Assembly: GCA_963783375.1 (NCBI GenBank)
Contig: CAWANH010000028.1
Span: forward strand, 544,001-608,000
DNA length: 64,000 nucleotides
Reading direction: 5' to 3'
Source of the DNA: Candidatus Eiseniibacteriota bacterium
GTDB lineage: Bacteria; Eisenbacteria; RBG-16-71-46; JABDJR01
Of the stretch, positions 50,288 through 60,927 are shown piece by piece. The position numbers and the translations under genes were made by a program. The first letter of the stretch is position 1. Each line of letters starts with the position of its first letter. The notes under the pieces were generated by a model. The model did not search any database. It was not told where the DNA came from and worked only from the letters and a program-made list of their open reading frames with translations.

Positions 50288-53200
50288 ATGAGCACGAGAA
50301 TCGTCGAGGTTTCGGATCGGGCGGCCGCCGAATCGAGGGAATCGGTCGGGGAGGACTACGCCCGGATCGAGAGTCCCCACCGGATGCCCTCCTTCCTCAT
50401 GAGCATCCCCACCGACACCGACCTCTGGATGTTCATCACCTCCCGCGGGGGACTCACCGCCGGGCGGGTGGACGCGGACGGAAGCCTCTTCCCCTACGAG
50501 ACGGTGGACAAGCTCCACGACGGGCCGTATCACACCGGACCGATCACCCTGCTCCGGGTGCGGCGGGATGGCGAAGCCGAGGTCCTCTGGGAACCCTTGT
50601 CGACCGGGGGGACGGCGGGTTCCGGGTGGAGCGGACCCTCTACAAGAGCCCCATCGGGAACCGGATCGTGTTCGAGGAGCTGAACCTGGACCTGGGACTT
50701 CTCTTCCGGTACCGGTGGGCGGGCTGCAATGAGTTCGGCTGGGTGCGGACCGCGGTCCTGGAGAACCTCGGCGGGGAGCCGGTGTCCGTCTCCCTCCTGG
50801 ACGGCCTGCGAAACGTCCTCCCCTGGGGGGCGCCGCTCTCCCTCTACCAGCAGTCGAGTTCCCTGGTCGACGCCTACCGGCGGACCGACGGTGATCCGGA
50901 AACCGGGCTCGTCACATTCTCCCTCACCGCCAAGGTCACCGACCGCCCCGAGCCCGCCGAGGTCCTCCGGGCCAACGCCGTCTGGTGCACCGGGCTCCCG
51001 AATCCCGGGATCCACCTGTCCCTGGAGGCGGTGGAGGCGTTTCGCCGCGGAGACGCCATGGCCGTTGAGTCCGTCCTGACCGGACGCCGCGGAAACTACC
51101 TGGTCCACGCGTCGGTGGATCTCGGGCCGGGGGAACGCGCGCGCTGGCACCTGGCCGCCGACGTCGGCAAGAGTCACGTGGAACTCGCCGCCCTGCGCGA
51201 TCGGTTGCTCCGGAAAGGGAATCCGGGGGAGGCGATCGAGGTCGCGCTCCGGGCGGCCGACGAGAGCCTGGTGGGGATCGTGGCGGCGGCGGACGGCCTT
51301 CAGCTCACCGGCGACGGGGCGGCGACCATGCACCACTTCGCCAACGTGCTCTTCAACGTCATGCGCGGAGGAACCTTCCACCGGAACTACGCGGTTCCGA
51401 CCGCCGATTTCGGTGAGTTCCTCCGGGCGCGGAACCCGGCCGTGGCGGAGCGCCACCGGGGCCGGATCGAGTCGCTTCCCGGCGAGATCACGGCGCGTGA
51501 GCTGGTGCTGGCCGCCCGGGAGAGCGGGGACCCCTCCCTCGAACGGCTGGCCCACGAGTACCTTCCCCTCTGGTTCGGACGCCGCCATGGGGATCCGAGC
51601 CGCCCCTGGAACCGCTTCACCATCCACGTGAGGAATCCGGACGGGGGGCGGATCCTCCGCTACGAGGGCAACTGGCGGGACATCTTCCAGAACTGGGAGG
51701 CATTGAGCTTCAGCTACCCCGACTTCCTGCCGGGCATGGTGGCGAAGTTCGTCAACGCCTCCACGGTGGACGGCTTCAATCCGTACCGGGTCACCCGCGA
51801 CGGGATCGAGTGGGAGGTCGCCGATCCGGACGATCCCTGGAGCCACATCGGCTACTGGGGCGACCACCAGATCGTCTACCTCCTCAAGTTCCTGGAGGCC
51901 CTGCCCCGGTTCCTGCCCGGCGCGCTGGAGGGGCTTCTGGGGCGGGAGATCTTCTCCTACGCCGACGTCCCCTATCGCCTGAAGCCCTACCCGGCCATCG
52001 TGGAGAACCCGCGGACCACCATCGAGTACGACGACACGCTGGCCGCCCGGATCGAAGACCGGGTGCGCGCCACGGGGACGGACGGAAGGCTCGTCCCGGG
52101 TCCCGATGGAGCGGTCTATCACGTGTCGCTCCTGGAGAAGCTCCTCGTACCCGCCCTCTCCAAGCTCTCGAATCTCGTCGCGGACGGCGGGATCTGGATC
52201 AACACCCAGCGCCCGGAATGGAACGACGCCAACAACGCCCTGGTCGGAAACGGCGTATCCGTGGTCACCCTGGGATATCTCCGCCGCTACCTGGCGTTCC
52301 TGGAACGCACGCTCGGCGAGGCGGACGACGGGCCGGCACGGGTCTCCACCGAGGTGGCGACCTGGTTCCGGCGGGTGCACTCGGTCCTGAGCGATTCGCA
52401 GGCGATGCCCGGGTCCGGGCCGGTGAGCGACACGGACCGAAAACGCCTCCTGGACGCTCTGGGCTCGGCGTTCTCCGACTATCGCGAGGCGGTCTACGCC
52501 GGGGGGTTCTCGGGAAAGGTACCGCTCGACGCCGCGGACGTCGCCGGGTTCTGCCGGACGGCCCTTCGTCACGTCGATCACGCGGTCCGCGCGAATCGCC
52601 GCGAGGACGGGCTCTATCACGCGTACAACCTTCTCGAGGTTCATCCGGACCGGGCGGACGCGCCCCTCCGGCCGCTCTACGAGATGCTGGAGGGGCAGGT
52701 GGCCGCGCTCAGCTCGGGATTGGTGGATCCGGAGGAGGCGGTGGGGCTGATCGCCGCGTTGTTCGGGAGCCGCCTCTACCGGCCCGATCAGCGGAGCTTC
52801 CTCCTCTACCCGGAGCGTACCCTTCCCGCGTTCATGGACCGGAACGTGGTCCCGGAGAAGGGCGCGCGAGCGGTTCCGTTGCTCTCGGCGCTGCTCGATT
52901 CCGGCGAGACCTCGGTCCTCGAGCGCGACGCCGCGGGCGTGCTCCGCTTCCACGGCGACTTCGAGAACGCCCACGATCTCGCCGCCGCCCTGGACCGGCT
53001 GGCGGAAAGCCGGCCGGAGGCCGTGGCCAGCGACCGGCAGGCGACGCTCGATCTCTTCGAGTCGGTCTTCAACCACCGCGCCTTCACCGGCCGCTCCGGC
53101 GCCATGTACGGTTTCGAGGGCCTGGGGTGCGTCTACTGGCACATGGTGGCCAAGCTGCTCCTGGCGGTGCAGGAGATCGTCGTCCGCGCCCACCGGGAGC

Positions 53201-53745
53201 GCCGGCCCGCGGATGTCCTCGCCGAACTCGTACGGGGCTACTACCGGATCCGGTCCGGGCTCGGGTTCGAGAAGACCGCGGCGGAGTACGGCGCCTTCCC
53301 CACCGACCCCTACTCCCACACCCCGGCCCACGGCGGGGCCCAGCAGCCCGGCATGACCGGCCAGGTGAAGGAGGAGATCCTGACCCGGCTCGGGGAGCTG
53401 GGGGTCCAGGTGGAGGACGGGACCCTGGGGTTCCGGCCGGTTCTCCTGCGACGGCGCGAGTTCGTGGCCGAGGCCGCCGAGTACGGTTATCCGGACCTGG
53501 AAGGCACGCATCGCACCGTCGAGGTCCCGGCGGGCGGCCTGGCCTTCAGCTTCTGCCAGGTCCCGGTGGTCTATCGGCTGGAGTCCGGGGAGCCCTGGAT
53601 CCGCCTGACCATGAAGAACGGGGAGTCGGCCCGGATCGACGGCGACCGGCTGGGGACGGCAGTGAGCCGCTCGATCTTCGCCCGCACCGGCGAGGTGGCG
53701 CGGATCGAGGTCGGGGTGCCGGAGAACGCCCTCCTGAAGATCTAG
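50288..53745 (+). CDS. GH149-like beta-1,3-glucan phosphorylase; frameshifted at G6 run 50606-50611
   Basis: N-part LWMFITSRGGLTAGR...LFPYET.DK. C-part GRRHGDPSRPWN, YEGNWRDIFQNWEAL, WGDHQI, MLEGQVA, FTGRSG, AFPTDPYSHTP, QQPGMTGQVKE. One extra G restores a single ORF. Confidence 0.85.
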
Positions 53746-53751
53746 GCCGCC

Positions 53752-55359
53752 CTAGTCGACGAGCACCACGCGGCGGGTCTCGACGGTGCTCCCGGTGCGA
53801 AGCCGGTAGAGGTATACCCCCGAGGCCACGCGGTTCCCCGAAGCGTCGCGCCCGTCCCAGCTCACCTGGTGATCCCCGGCGGGAACGAACCCGTCCACCA
53901 GCGTCCGCACCGCGCGGCCGGCCACGTCGTAGACGGTGAGCGTGGCCGGGGCGTCGGCGGCCATGGTGTAGGCGATCGTGGTGCGCGCCCCGAACGGATT
54001 GGGGCGGGCCAGCCGCAGGTACGAGGCCGGGCCGGCCGGCACCGTCCCCGGCGGAACGCCGACCGTGCTGCCCTCGGGCACGAAGGTGAAGGCGTCCAGG
54101 ACGACTTCCTGATTGCTCGCGGGAGGGGTCCCGTTCACCTGCCAGAGATTCAGGTGCACCCGGGGCTGTTCCGGGCGGGGGATGTGGGGGCCGGTGTAGG
54201 TCCACTCGTGGATCATGTTGGCCGCCGACTCGTCGGCCGGACCGCCCCGCCAGCTCCGGAACTCCACCCGGTCGGGGAGCCAGCGGAAGGCATGGCTGGT
54301 CAGCTCGCCGGGGCTGAAGGTGGCGGCGAAGCGGTTGATGTTGCCGGGATAGTCGTAGGGCTGGGCCACGAACTGGCCGAGGTCGTTCGCCGGGTTGCCC
54401 CACCGGCTGAACTCCACGTCGATCTCGTTGTAGGGGTTCCACCAGAGGTAGCCGGGGTCATAGCAGGGACCGTACTGCCAGATGAAGATCCCGAAGACGA
54501 TGTTGGGATCGAGGGTGTCCAGGTCCCCGTAGGTGGTGAAGATGTAGTCGCCGTAGCCCAGGGCGTCGACGGGGGTAACCTCGGTGCTGTACCACGAGCC
54601 ACCGATCTTCTTGACCGTGAGGTGGAGCCGGTCGTTCGCGTCCACCCAGGTGCAGCTCGAGCTGTTGCAGAAGAGGCTGGGGCCCGGGCCGTAGTAGCCC
54701 GGGCCCTTGACCCGCCAGGTGCGTCCGCTGAACTGGAGCGTGGTCCCCCCGGGAAAGTCGTTCCACTGGATGTCGTCCAGGGTGGGGGCGCTCAGGCTGT
54801 TGAATTCGGCCTCGTCGAAGTACACGTCCGGCACCGGCGCCCCCGGGGCCTGGAGGGCGCCGAGGAGGAGCCGCGCGGTGGCGGTCCCGGTGGGGGCGGG
54901 CTGGGTGGTCACCGAGACGTCCTGGACCGCGTCCACCGGCGTCGAGGCGTCGGCCACGGTGTGGGACTCGTAGGAGATGAGGTTCCCCCCGGAATCCCGC
55001 CACTCGATGTTCAATATGGCCTGGCACTGGCCGGTGAGGGGATTCACGGCGGTGTGCCATCCCCGGACCGAGGCCTCGAAGGTCTCCCCGGGAACCGCGT
55101 CCAGGCTCTGCCAGTAGCCGGACACATCCCAGCCGCCGGTGTTCGGCCCGGAGACCCGGGCGGCGAGGTGGCCGTGGGTGGCGTTCGGGGAGGACCCCAC
55201 CGACCCGAACTGGTTCCAGCCCCCGAAGACCGGCCCGCCCGAGCCGCGCAGCTCGAAGCTGGGGTTGGCCAGGATGCACTGGGCGTTCGCCGCCCCGGCC
55301 CAGACCAGGGCCGCGATCGCCAGGGCGACTGCGGAGACGCGGGTTCCCGGATGGCGCAT
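53752..55359 (-). CDS. secreted CBM-like + GH16-like + FlgD-Ig protein
   Basis: ILANPSFE domain, LGYG.Y, NEIDVEFSRW (ExDxE), HLNLW, PNPF...WDGRD..G..VASGVY tail. Confidence 0.82.
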   Translation of the reverse strand: MRHPGTRVSAVALAIAALVWAGAANAQCILANPSFELRGSGGPVFGGWNQFGSVGSSPNATHGHLAARVSGPNTGGWDVSGYWQSLDAVPGETFEASVRGWHTAVNPLTGQCQAILNIEWRDSGGNLISYESHTVADASTPVDAVQDVSVTTQPAPTGTATARLLLGALQAPGAPVPDVYFDEAEFNSLSAPTLDDIQWNDFPGGTTLQFSGRTWRVKGPGYYGPGPSLFCNSSSCTWVDANDRLHLTVKKIGGSWYSTEVTPVDALGYGDYIFTTYGDLDTLDPNIVFGIFIWQYGPCYDPGYLWWNPYNEIDVEFSRWGNPANDLGQFVAQPYDYPGNINRFAATFSPGELTSHAFRWLPDRVEFRSWRGGPADESAANMIHEWTYTGPHIPRPEQPRVHLNLWQVNGTPPASNQEVVLDAFTFVPEGSTVGVPPGTVPAGPASYLRLARPNPFGARTTIAYTMAADAPATLTVYDVAGRAVRTLVDGFVPAGDHQVSWDGRDASGNRVASGVYLYRLRTGSTVETRRVVLVD

Positions 55360-55398
55360 GGGTCACTCCGTGGCACGCAAGAGAGGACGGCCCAACGC

Positions 55399-55446
55399 TT
55401 TGGGCGACTGCCGCACAAAGCCATTTAACACATTGCTATTTTAGCA
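55399..55446 (-). promoter_or_regulatory. putative ROK operator (site 3) and extended -10
   Basis: TTTGGGCGA-CTG-CCGCACAAA at 55399-55419. Minus-strand TGCTAAAAT at 55446-55438. Confidence 0.6.
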
Positions 55447-55574
55447 CTTAAACGCCATCAGGATCACCAGAAAAGAGCGGCGTTCGCCGGAGAGCCGCGG
55501 TCGGTCCCGGGGTTCGGGGGGGTGAGAATCCGAGGCGAGGGCCGTTCACGATGCGACCGCGGTTGCCGGCGCCC

Positions 55575-56396
55575 TCAGGGCAGGACGGTCAGCTTACGCG
55601 CCCGGTTCCCCGACTCCGTCTCCAGGTAGATGAAGTATACGCCGGCCGCGACCGGGTTTCCCCGGTCGTCCCGCCCGGTCCAGGTCGACTCGTAGGCCCC
55701 CGCCGGGAGGTCCTCGTCGAGGAGCATCCCCACCAGCCGTCCCCGCTGATCGAAGGCGCGCAGCCTCACGCGGCCCGGCGCCGGGACCTGGAAACGGATG
55801 CGGGAGTGGCCCCGGGCGGGGTTGGGGACCCCCGGCAAGAGCGCCAGGACGGGAGCGACGGGTCCCGGAACCTGGAGATACGCCGGGCCGTGCCAGGTGC
55901 GGTCTCCGGCGCGGCCCCACTCCTCCAGCCAGTAGGCGACCCGCCCCGCCGGAGGCGCCGGGTCGGTGAACCGATACTCCTCGGCGCCTCGGAGAGGCGT
56001 TTCGGTGAGCTGCACGCGAGGTCCCTCACCGAGCTGGCGATGGACCTGAAAACCAACCAGATCGCCCGCATCGTCGAGGGCGCGCCAGGACAGTTCGGCT
56101 CCCCGCGGGGTCCAGAGGGCGTGAAACCACAGGAACCGGACCGGGGTGGGCACACCGTCCAGGGTCCCCGGCCAGAACCCGAGCCAGAGGGCGCGGGATT
56201 CGCCGCCGGCCGCTCCGATCGCCGGTTGACCGAGGCTGACCGTCGCGGATCCCCCGGGTCCGGAGAGCGACATCGCGCCCGAGCTGAAGGCGACGGGGCC
56301 GAGCCGGGTTTGACCGGCCAGCGGGGACGCGAGCAGCGCACTCCCCGCCACCGCGATGAGGACGCCGAGCCGCATTGCCGATCGCCGCGCGCCCAT
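55575..56396 (-). CDS. secreted protein (SSG..S...S.GQP...GFW N-domain) with FlgD-Ig domain; in frame with the upstream gene as sequenced
   Basis: Has its own ATG, GGGGAG RBS and signal peptide (MRLGVLIAVAGSALLASPLAG), plus a PNP...WTGRDDRG..VAAGVY tail. Confidence 0.7.
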   Translation of the reverse strand: MGARRSAMRLGVLIAVAGSALLASPLAGQTRLGPVAFSSGAMSLSGPGGSATVSLGQPAIGAAGGESRALWLGFWPGTLDGVPTPVRFLWFHALWTPRGAELSWRALDDAGDLVGFQVHRQLGEGPRVQLTETPLRGAEEYRFTDPAPPAGRVAYWLEEWGRAGDRTWHGPAYLQVPGPVAPVLALLPGVPNPARGHSRIRFQVPAPGRVRLRAFDQRGRLVGMLLDEDLPAGAYESTWTGRDDRGNPVAAGVYFIYLETESGNRARKLTVLP

Positions 56397-56400
56397 GGGG

Positions 56401-59400
56401 CTACTCCCCCCCGCGGCCCGCGCCCCGTCGCGAGCTGCGGACCCGGTCGTCTCCGCCGCCTCGATCCGGGAGACCCGCTCCAGCAATTGCTTCATCTGGC
56501 TCTCGAGAGCGCTCAGCCGGCGGTCCCGATCGGCCAGCGCGGCCCGGAGCGGGGCGACCGGGGCCCCGACCCCCACCGCCGTCCGGACGAGCTTCGTGCC
56601 GGGAGCGCCGCTGGACGCCCAGGCCGTGCCCACGATCCACTGAGCCTGCTCGGGGGTGAGATCCTCCGGCGCCACCGCGAAGGCGGAGCCGTCGCCCCGG
56701 CCCGAGGCGACCACCGCGTCCCCGGCCCGGACCGGGCCCTCGACCTTCACCCCCACCTGGCCGATGAAGGCGATCTTCTCGAAACCGTCCGCGTGATCCC
56801 CGTCCGGCCGGTTCCCCAGGACGAGAGGGCTTCGGGAGACCACCATGACCGCGTGGGCGCCCTCGGTGCGGCGGGTCACCGCGCCGTCGAAGACGCCGAC
56901 CACATCCCCCGGCTCGAACCGTTCCGAGGGATCGAGGCGGGGCATCCACTCCGCGTAGTCGGAGCCCGGGCCGGAGAACGTCACCCCTCCGGCTCCGTCA
57001 CCCTCGACGGCCCCGGCGCTCCCGGTTCCGGTGACGAAGCTGATGAAGTTCACCGACGAGCCCGGGGTCGTCGTTCCCACCTTGAGGGCGAGGACGTCGG
57101 GGCTCGTGCCGGCACTGGCGTTCTCGATCACCGCGACGTGGTTGGGGATGCTGGCCGCGCCGTTGGCGTTCCCCAGGATATGGAGGCCCGTGGCCGGGCT
57201 GTCGGTGCCCACCCCGACCTTGCCGTCGAAGTGGAACACGTCGTCGTCGCGGTCGTAGAAGAACGCGTCGGCGCCGTCCGTGCCGGTTCCCTCGCTGGTC
57301 CGCTCCAGCACCAGGCGGTTCGGCGAGGTCCGCCAGAGGAGCTGCACTCCCTGATCGGGGGTGTCGTCGTCGAAGATGATTCCGTTGGGCCCGGCGGACC
57401 CGCCTCCCCCGAGCATGATCCCGGTGCCGCCGTTCGGATCCAGGACGTGGAGCTGTTCCCGGGGGGAATTGGTGCCGATCCCGACCCCACCCAGGGCCCG
57501 GATCAGGAACTGGCGGTCGCCGGTGGAGGGGAAGGGAACCAGGTAGCCCCCGTTCGTCTGGCCGTCGTTCCACACGAAAGTCCCCAGGTGCGAGGCCTGT
57601 GCGCCCCGCCCGGCGGCGAAGGAGTGGAGACCCGCGGCCTCGTTTTCCCAGCCACCGGGGACGACGGAGTACTGCCCGGTGGCCGTGTTGTGGAAGCCGC
57701 CGGTGACGACCGAATGGTCTCCCTCCGCAGTATTGGCGTAGGTGGGGAACTGATCCGACCCTCCACCTCCGACGAAGGACCCGTCTCCGCTGGCGGTGTT
57801 CGAAGCGCCGCCGGCCACCGTGGACGCGCGACCCGAGGCGACATTGCCCGCACCGGCCAGCACGATGGAGAGGCTGCCGGTCGCCTCGTTCCTCGAACCC
57901 CCGCCCACGAAACTGATGTAGCCCGAGCTGGTGTTGTGGTTCCCACCGGCCACGCAGGAGCTGGACCCGGAAGCCGCATTCGAGTTTCCGCCCCCGATCG
58001 TCGCATACGACCCCTGGGCGGAGTTGCCGGTGCCGCCGGAAACCGTGGCTCCATCGGCAATCGCGTCATTGCCGGAGCCTCCGCCCACGGTGGCGTTGCC
58101 TCCTTTAGCCTGGTTCGACCGGCCTCCGCTGATCGTGGCCATGAGCCCCGACGCTCGGTTCTCCTGGCCGCCCCCGATGGTGCACCCGCGATCCCAGGCT
58201 TTGTTGAAGCCGCCCCCGGCCACCGTCGTGTTGTCGTCGAGAGCCGAGTTCTCCTGGCCACCCCCGACCATGGAATACTGTCCCAGGGCCGAATCCGCCT
58301 CGCCACCCCCGATGAAGCTGTGCTCACCGGAGGCGATGTTATCGGTGCCGCCTCCGATCGCGGCCAGATTTCGGGCCAGGTTGTGGACCCCGCCGGCGAC
58401 CGTCCCCCCCAGCCCGTCGACGACGTTGCGATCTCCACCCCCCACGGTGGCGTAGCGTCCGTCGAGAAGATCCGCGTTCTCGTTCCCCGCCCGATTGTTG
58501 CGGCCGCCGGCGACCGTTCCGAAGTTGTCCGTGATCTGGTTGGCCAGCTCGGGATCACCCCCGCCACCGATGCTCGCGCCACGCACGCCGGCACTCACGT
58601 TGTTGGACGCGCTCCCCCCGATGACGTTGGGCGTATCTCCCGGCTCCAAGCGGAGCGCTCGCTGGTTGTTCACCCGCAGTTCCAGCGCCTGATCGTCGGT
58701 GGTTCCGAGGAAGGAGGTGGCGGGGTTCGTTCCGGCGTTGCCGGAGAGGCCCCACGCGCCGCCGGTGGCTCCCGCCGCGGTGGTCTGGAGCGTTCCATCG
58801 GGGAACATGATCCCGTCCACGCCCGGCGCGCCGCCGACGTGGAGCGCGGCCTGGGGATCGTTGACGTTGATCCCGACCCCCCCGCCGGCCCGCACCAGGA
58901 ACTGGTTCTCGCCGGTGGACTCGAAGGTCTGGTCGATGCCGTCGGCCCACACGAAGGTGCCGTCGTCGCCGGGACGCACCCGGGCCCGGAGCCCCGCGGC
59001 GAAGCTGTTGGCGCCGTGGGCCTCGTTCTCGTTCCCCCCCGGAACCGTGGCCGCGAAGCCGGTGGCCTGGTTTCCGGTTCCGCCGGCCACGGTCGTGTAC
59101 GCCGATCCGGCCCGGTTGGACTCGCCGCCGCCCACCGTGGACGCCCACCCGTTGGCCTGGTTGCTCTTTCCGCCTCCGACGGTGGCGAAGGGACCGTTCA
59201 TCGGGTCGTCCGAGTCGCCGCCGGCCAGGTGCCCGGCCCCGCCGCCGATCGTCCCGTAGTGGGCGGAAACGCGGTTCCCCCCGACCTCCGGGGCGTCGGT
59301 TCCTCCGCCCCCCGCGATCGTCGCGCCCACCACCCCGGCACCTACGGTGTTGGCCTCCGATCCCCCGATCAGGTTCCGGCCGGTGCCGAAGTCGTTGCCG

Positions 59401-60866
59401 GTGGCGACCCCCGGCTCCAGGCGCAAGGCCCGCTTGCCGTCGACATGAACCTCCAGCGGGGCGTCGTTCGATGTGCCCAGGTACTGCGCGACCGGATCGG
59501 TGACGGCGTTCCCGCCGAGTTTCCAGGCCGTCGTGTCCTGGCCGTTCCCCCCGCCGGCATGGATCGTGATCGTGTGGCCGGCCTGGTCCAGGGTCACGTT
59601 GTCCCCGGCGGCCAGGGTCACCGCGTCGGCCAGCCCGTTCACCGAGGTCACCGCGGCGCCGGGAGCCAGCTTCGCCAGGCTCACCGCCCCGTTGGCGAGC
59701 TTGCCCGCCGTCACCGCCCCGTCCGCGAGCTTCGCGGTCGAAACGCCCCCGCTCTTCACGTTGATCGTGGCCACCGGCCCGTTGGGGTTGGTCAGGGCGA
59801 GCGCGCCGTCCGTGTTCTGAACCCCCTGAATTCCCGAGGCCCCTTCCCCGAGGACGGAGTTGATGATCAGGGTGTCGCCGCTGGTGGAGACGGTCGTTCC
59901 TCCCGAGCCCGATACGATCACCCCGTCGGTCAGGCCGTTGAGGTCGGTCACCGCCGCCCCGGTCGCGAGCTCCGGGTTCGGGTAAGTCCCGGCGAGATCG
60001 CCGCCGGCGGGTCCGGCCGGGGTCCGTGGATCGGCCAGCCGCGAATCCTGATCCGTCACGTATCGGTTGTCGTTCGACGGCTGCCCGTGCGTGCCGGCCA
60101 GGGCGCCCTTCTCGCCGGGCGTGGGGTCGTTCGCGTTGTCGTGGGTGGGATGGTCCAGCGCCAGCTTGCTCTCCGGGATGCCGCCCGAGGCCAGATCGAC
60201 GGTCACGGTGGGACCGGTGGGATCCGACACCTTCAGGAAGCCGTCGCTGTTCTGCACCCCCAGGATCCCGGAGCCGCCCTCCCCGATGATGGAGGTGACG
60301 ATCAGGGTGTCCCCGGACGTTGAGATCGTCGTTCCCCCCCCTCCTTTCAGGTGCAGCGCGCCCGCCAGCCCGTTGAGGGCGGTCACCACCGCCCCGGGGG
60401 AGATCTTTGCCCCGGTCACCGCGCCGTCCGCGAGCGCCCTGCTGCCGACCGCCCCCTCCGCCAGCTTCGCGCCGGTGATCGCGCCGTCCTCCACGGAGGC
60501 CGCGGCCAAACTGTAGGGAACCGAGGTCAGGGGGATCCGGGGCGCGAACTCGGGGTCCGGCGCCAGTTGGATCCCCACATAGTAGGGAGCGTCGAAATTC
60601 AGCCCGAACGGAACCGTCTCCCCGAGGACCACGCTGAAGACGCCTCCGCTGGTAGAGACATCAAGAGTCTCCGTCCAGAGCGGCTCGCCTGCCTCGGCCG
60701 TATCGTAGATGCCGAAGACGGCCTCGTACACGCCGTCGGGAACCGCGTTGCCGTCCGTATCCCGGAGGACCCCCTGGACCGACAGGGTGCGCGGGACGGC
60801 CGCGGCGGCGGCGCCGACGGACACCGCCAAGGTGAGCAACGCGGTGAGGACGATCAGATGCTTCAC
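56401..60866 (-). CDS. secreted tail-fibre-like trimeric protein with C-terminal intramolecular chaperone (peptidase G2/S74-like) and coiled coil
   Basis: AAGGAG plus GTG start and signal peptide. AVTxAKLA repeats, VTxLNGL repeats, TVGGGxxNxA beta-repeats, VGIGT.SP repeats, DYAEW...PGDVV...GQV.VKV.G.V..GD, heptad tail. The stop (TAG at 56403-56401) is in frame only with one extra G. Confidence 0.78.
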
Positions 60867-60890
60867 GGGAACCACTCCTTCCGATCGGGC

Positions 60891-60900
60891 GGGGGGGGGG
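60891..60900. repeat. G10/C10 homopolymer in the leader of the fibre gene
   Basis: Ten consecutive G at 60891-60900. Confidence 0.9.
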
Positions 60901-60927
60901 AACCGGCGGATCGCGCGGCGCCCCCGG

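Noticed and set aside
55551-60323. 1590-aa plus-strand ORF and other long antisense ORFs (e.g. 16237-19647, 21576-24908, 24914-28267, 41356-44526, 50530-53511, 61924-63987)
   Set aside because: These are shadow ORFs expected opposite high-GC3 genes, with no recognisable motifs.
55575-60866. Prophage or tailocin
   Set aside because: The fibre has a Sec signal peptide, and no structural, lysis or integrase genes lie in the window.
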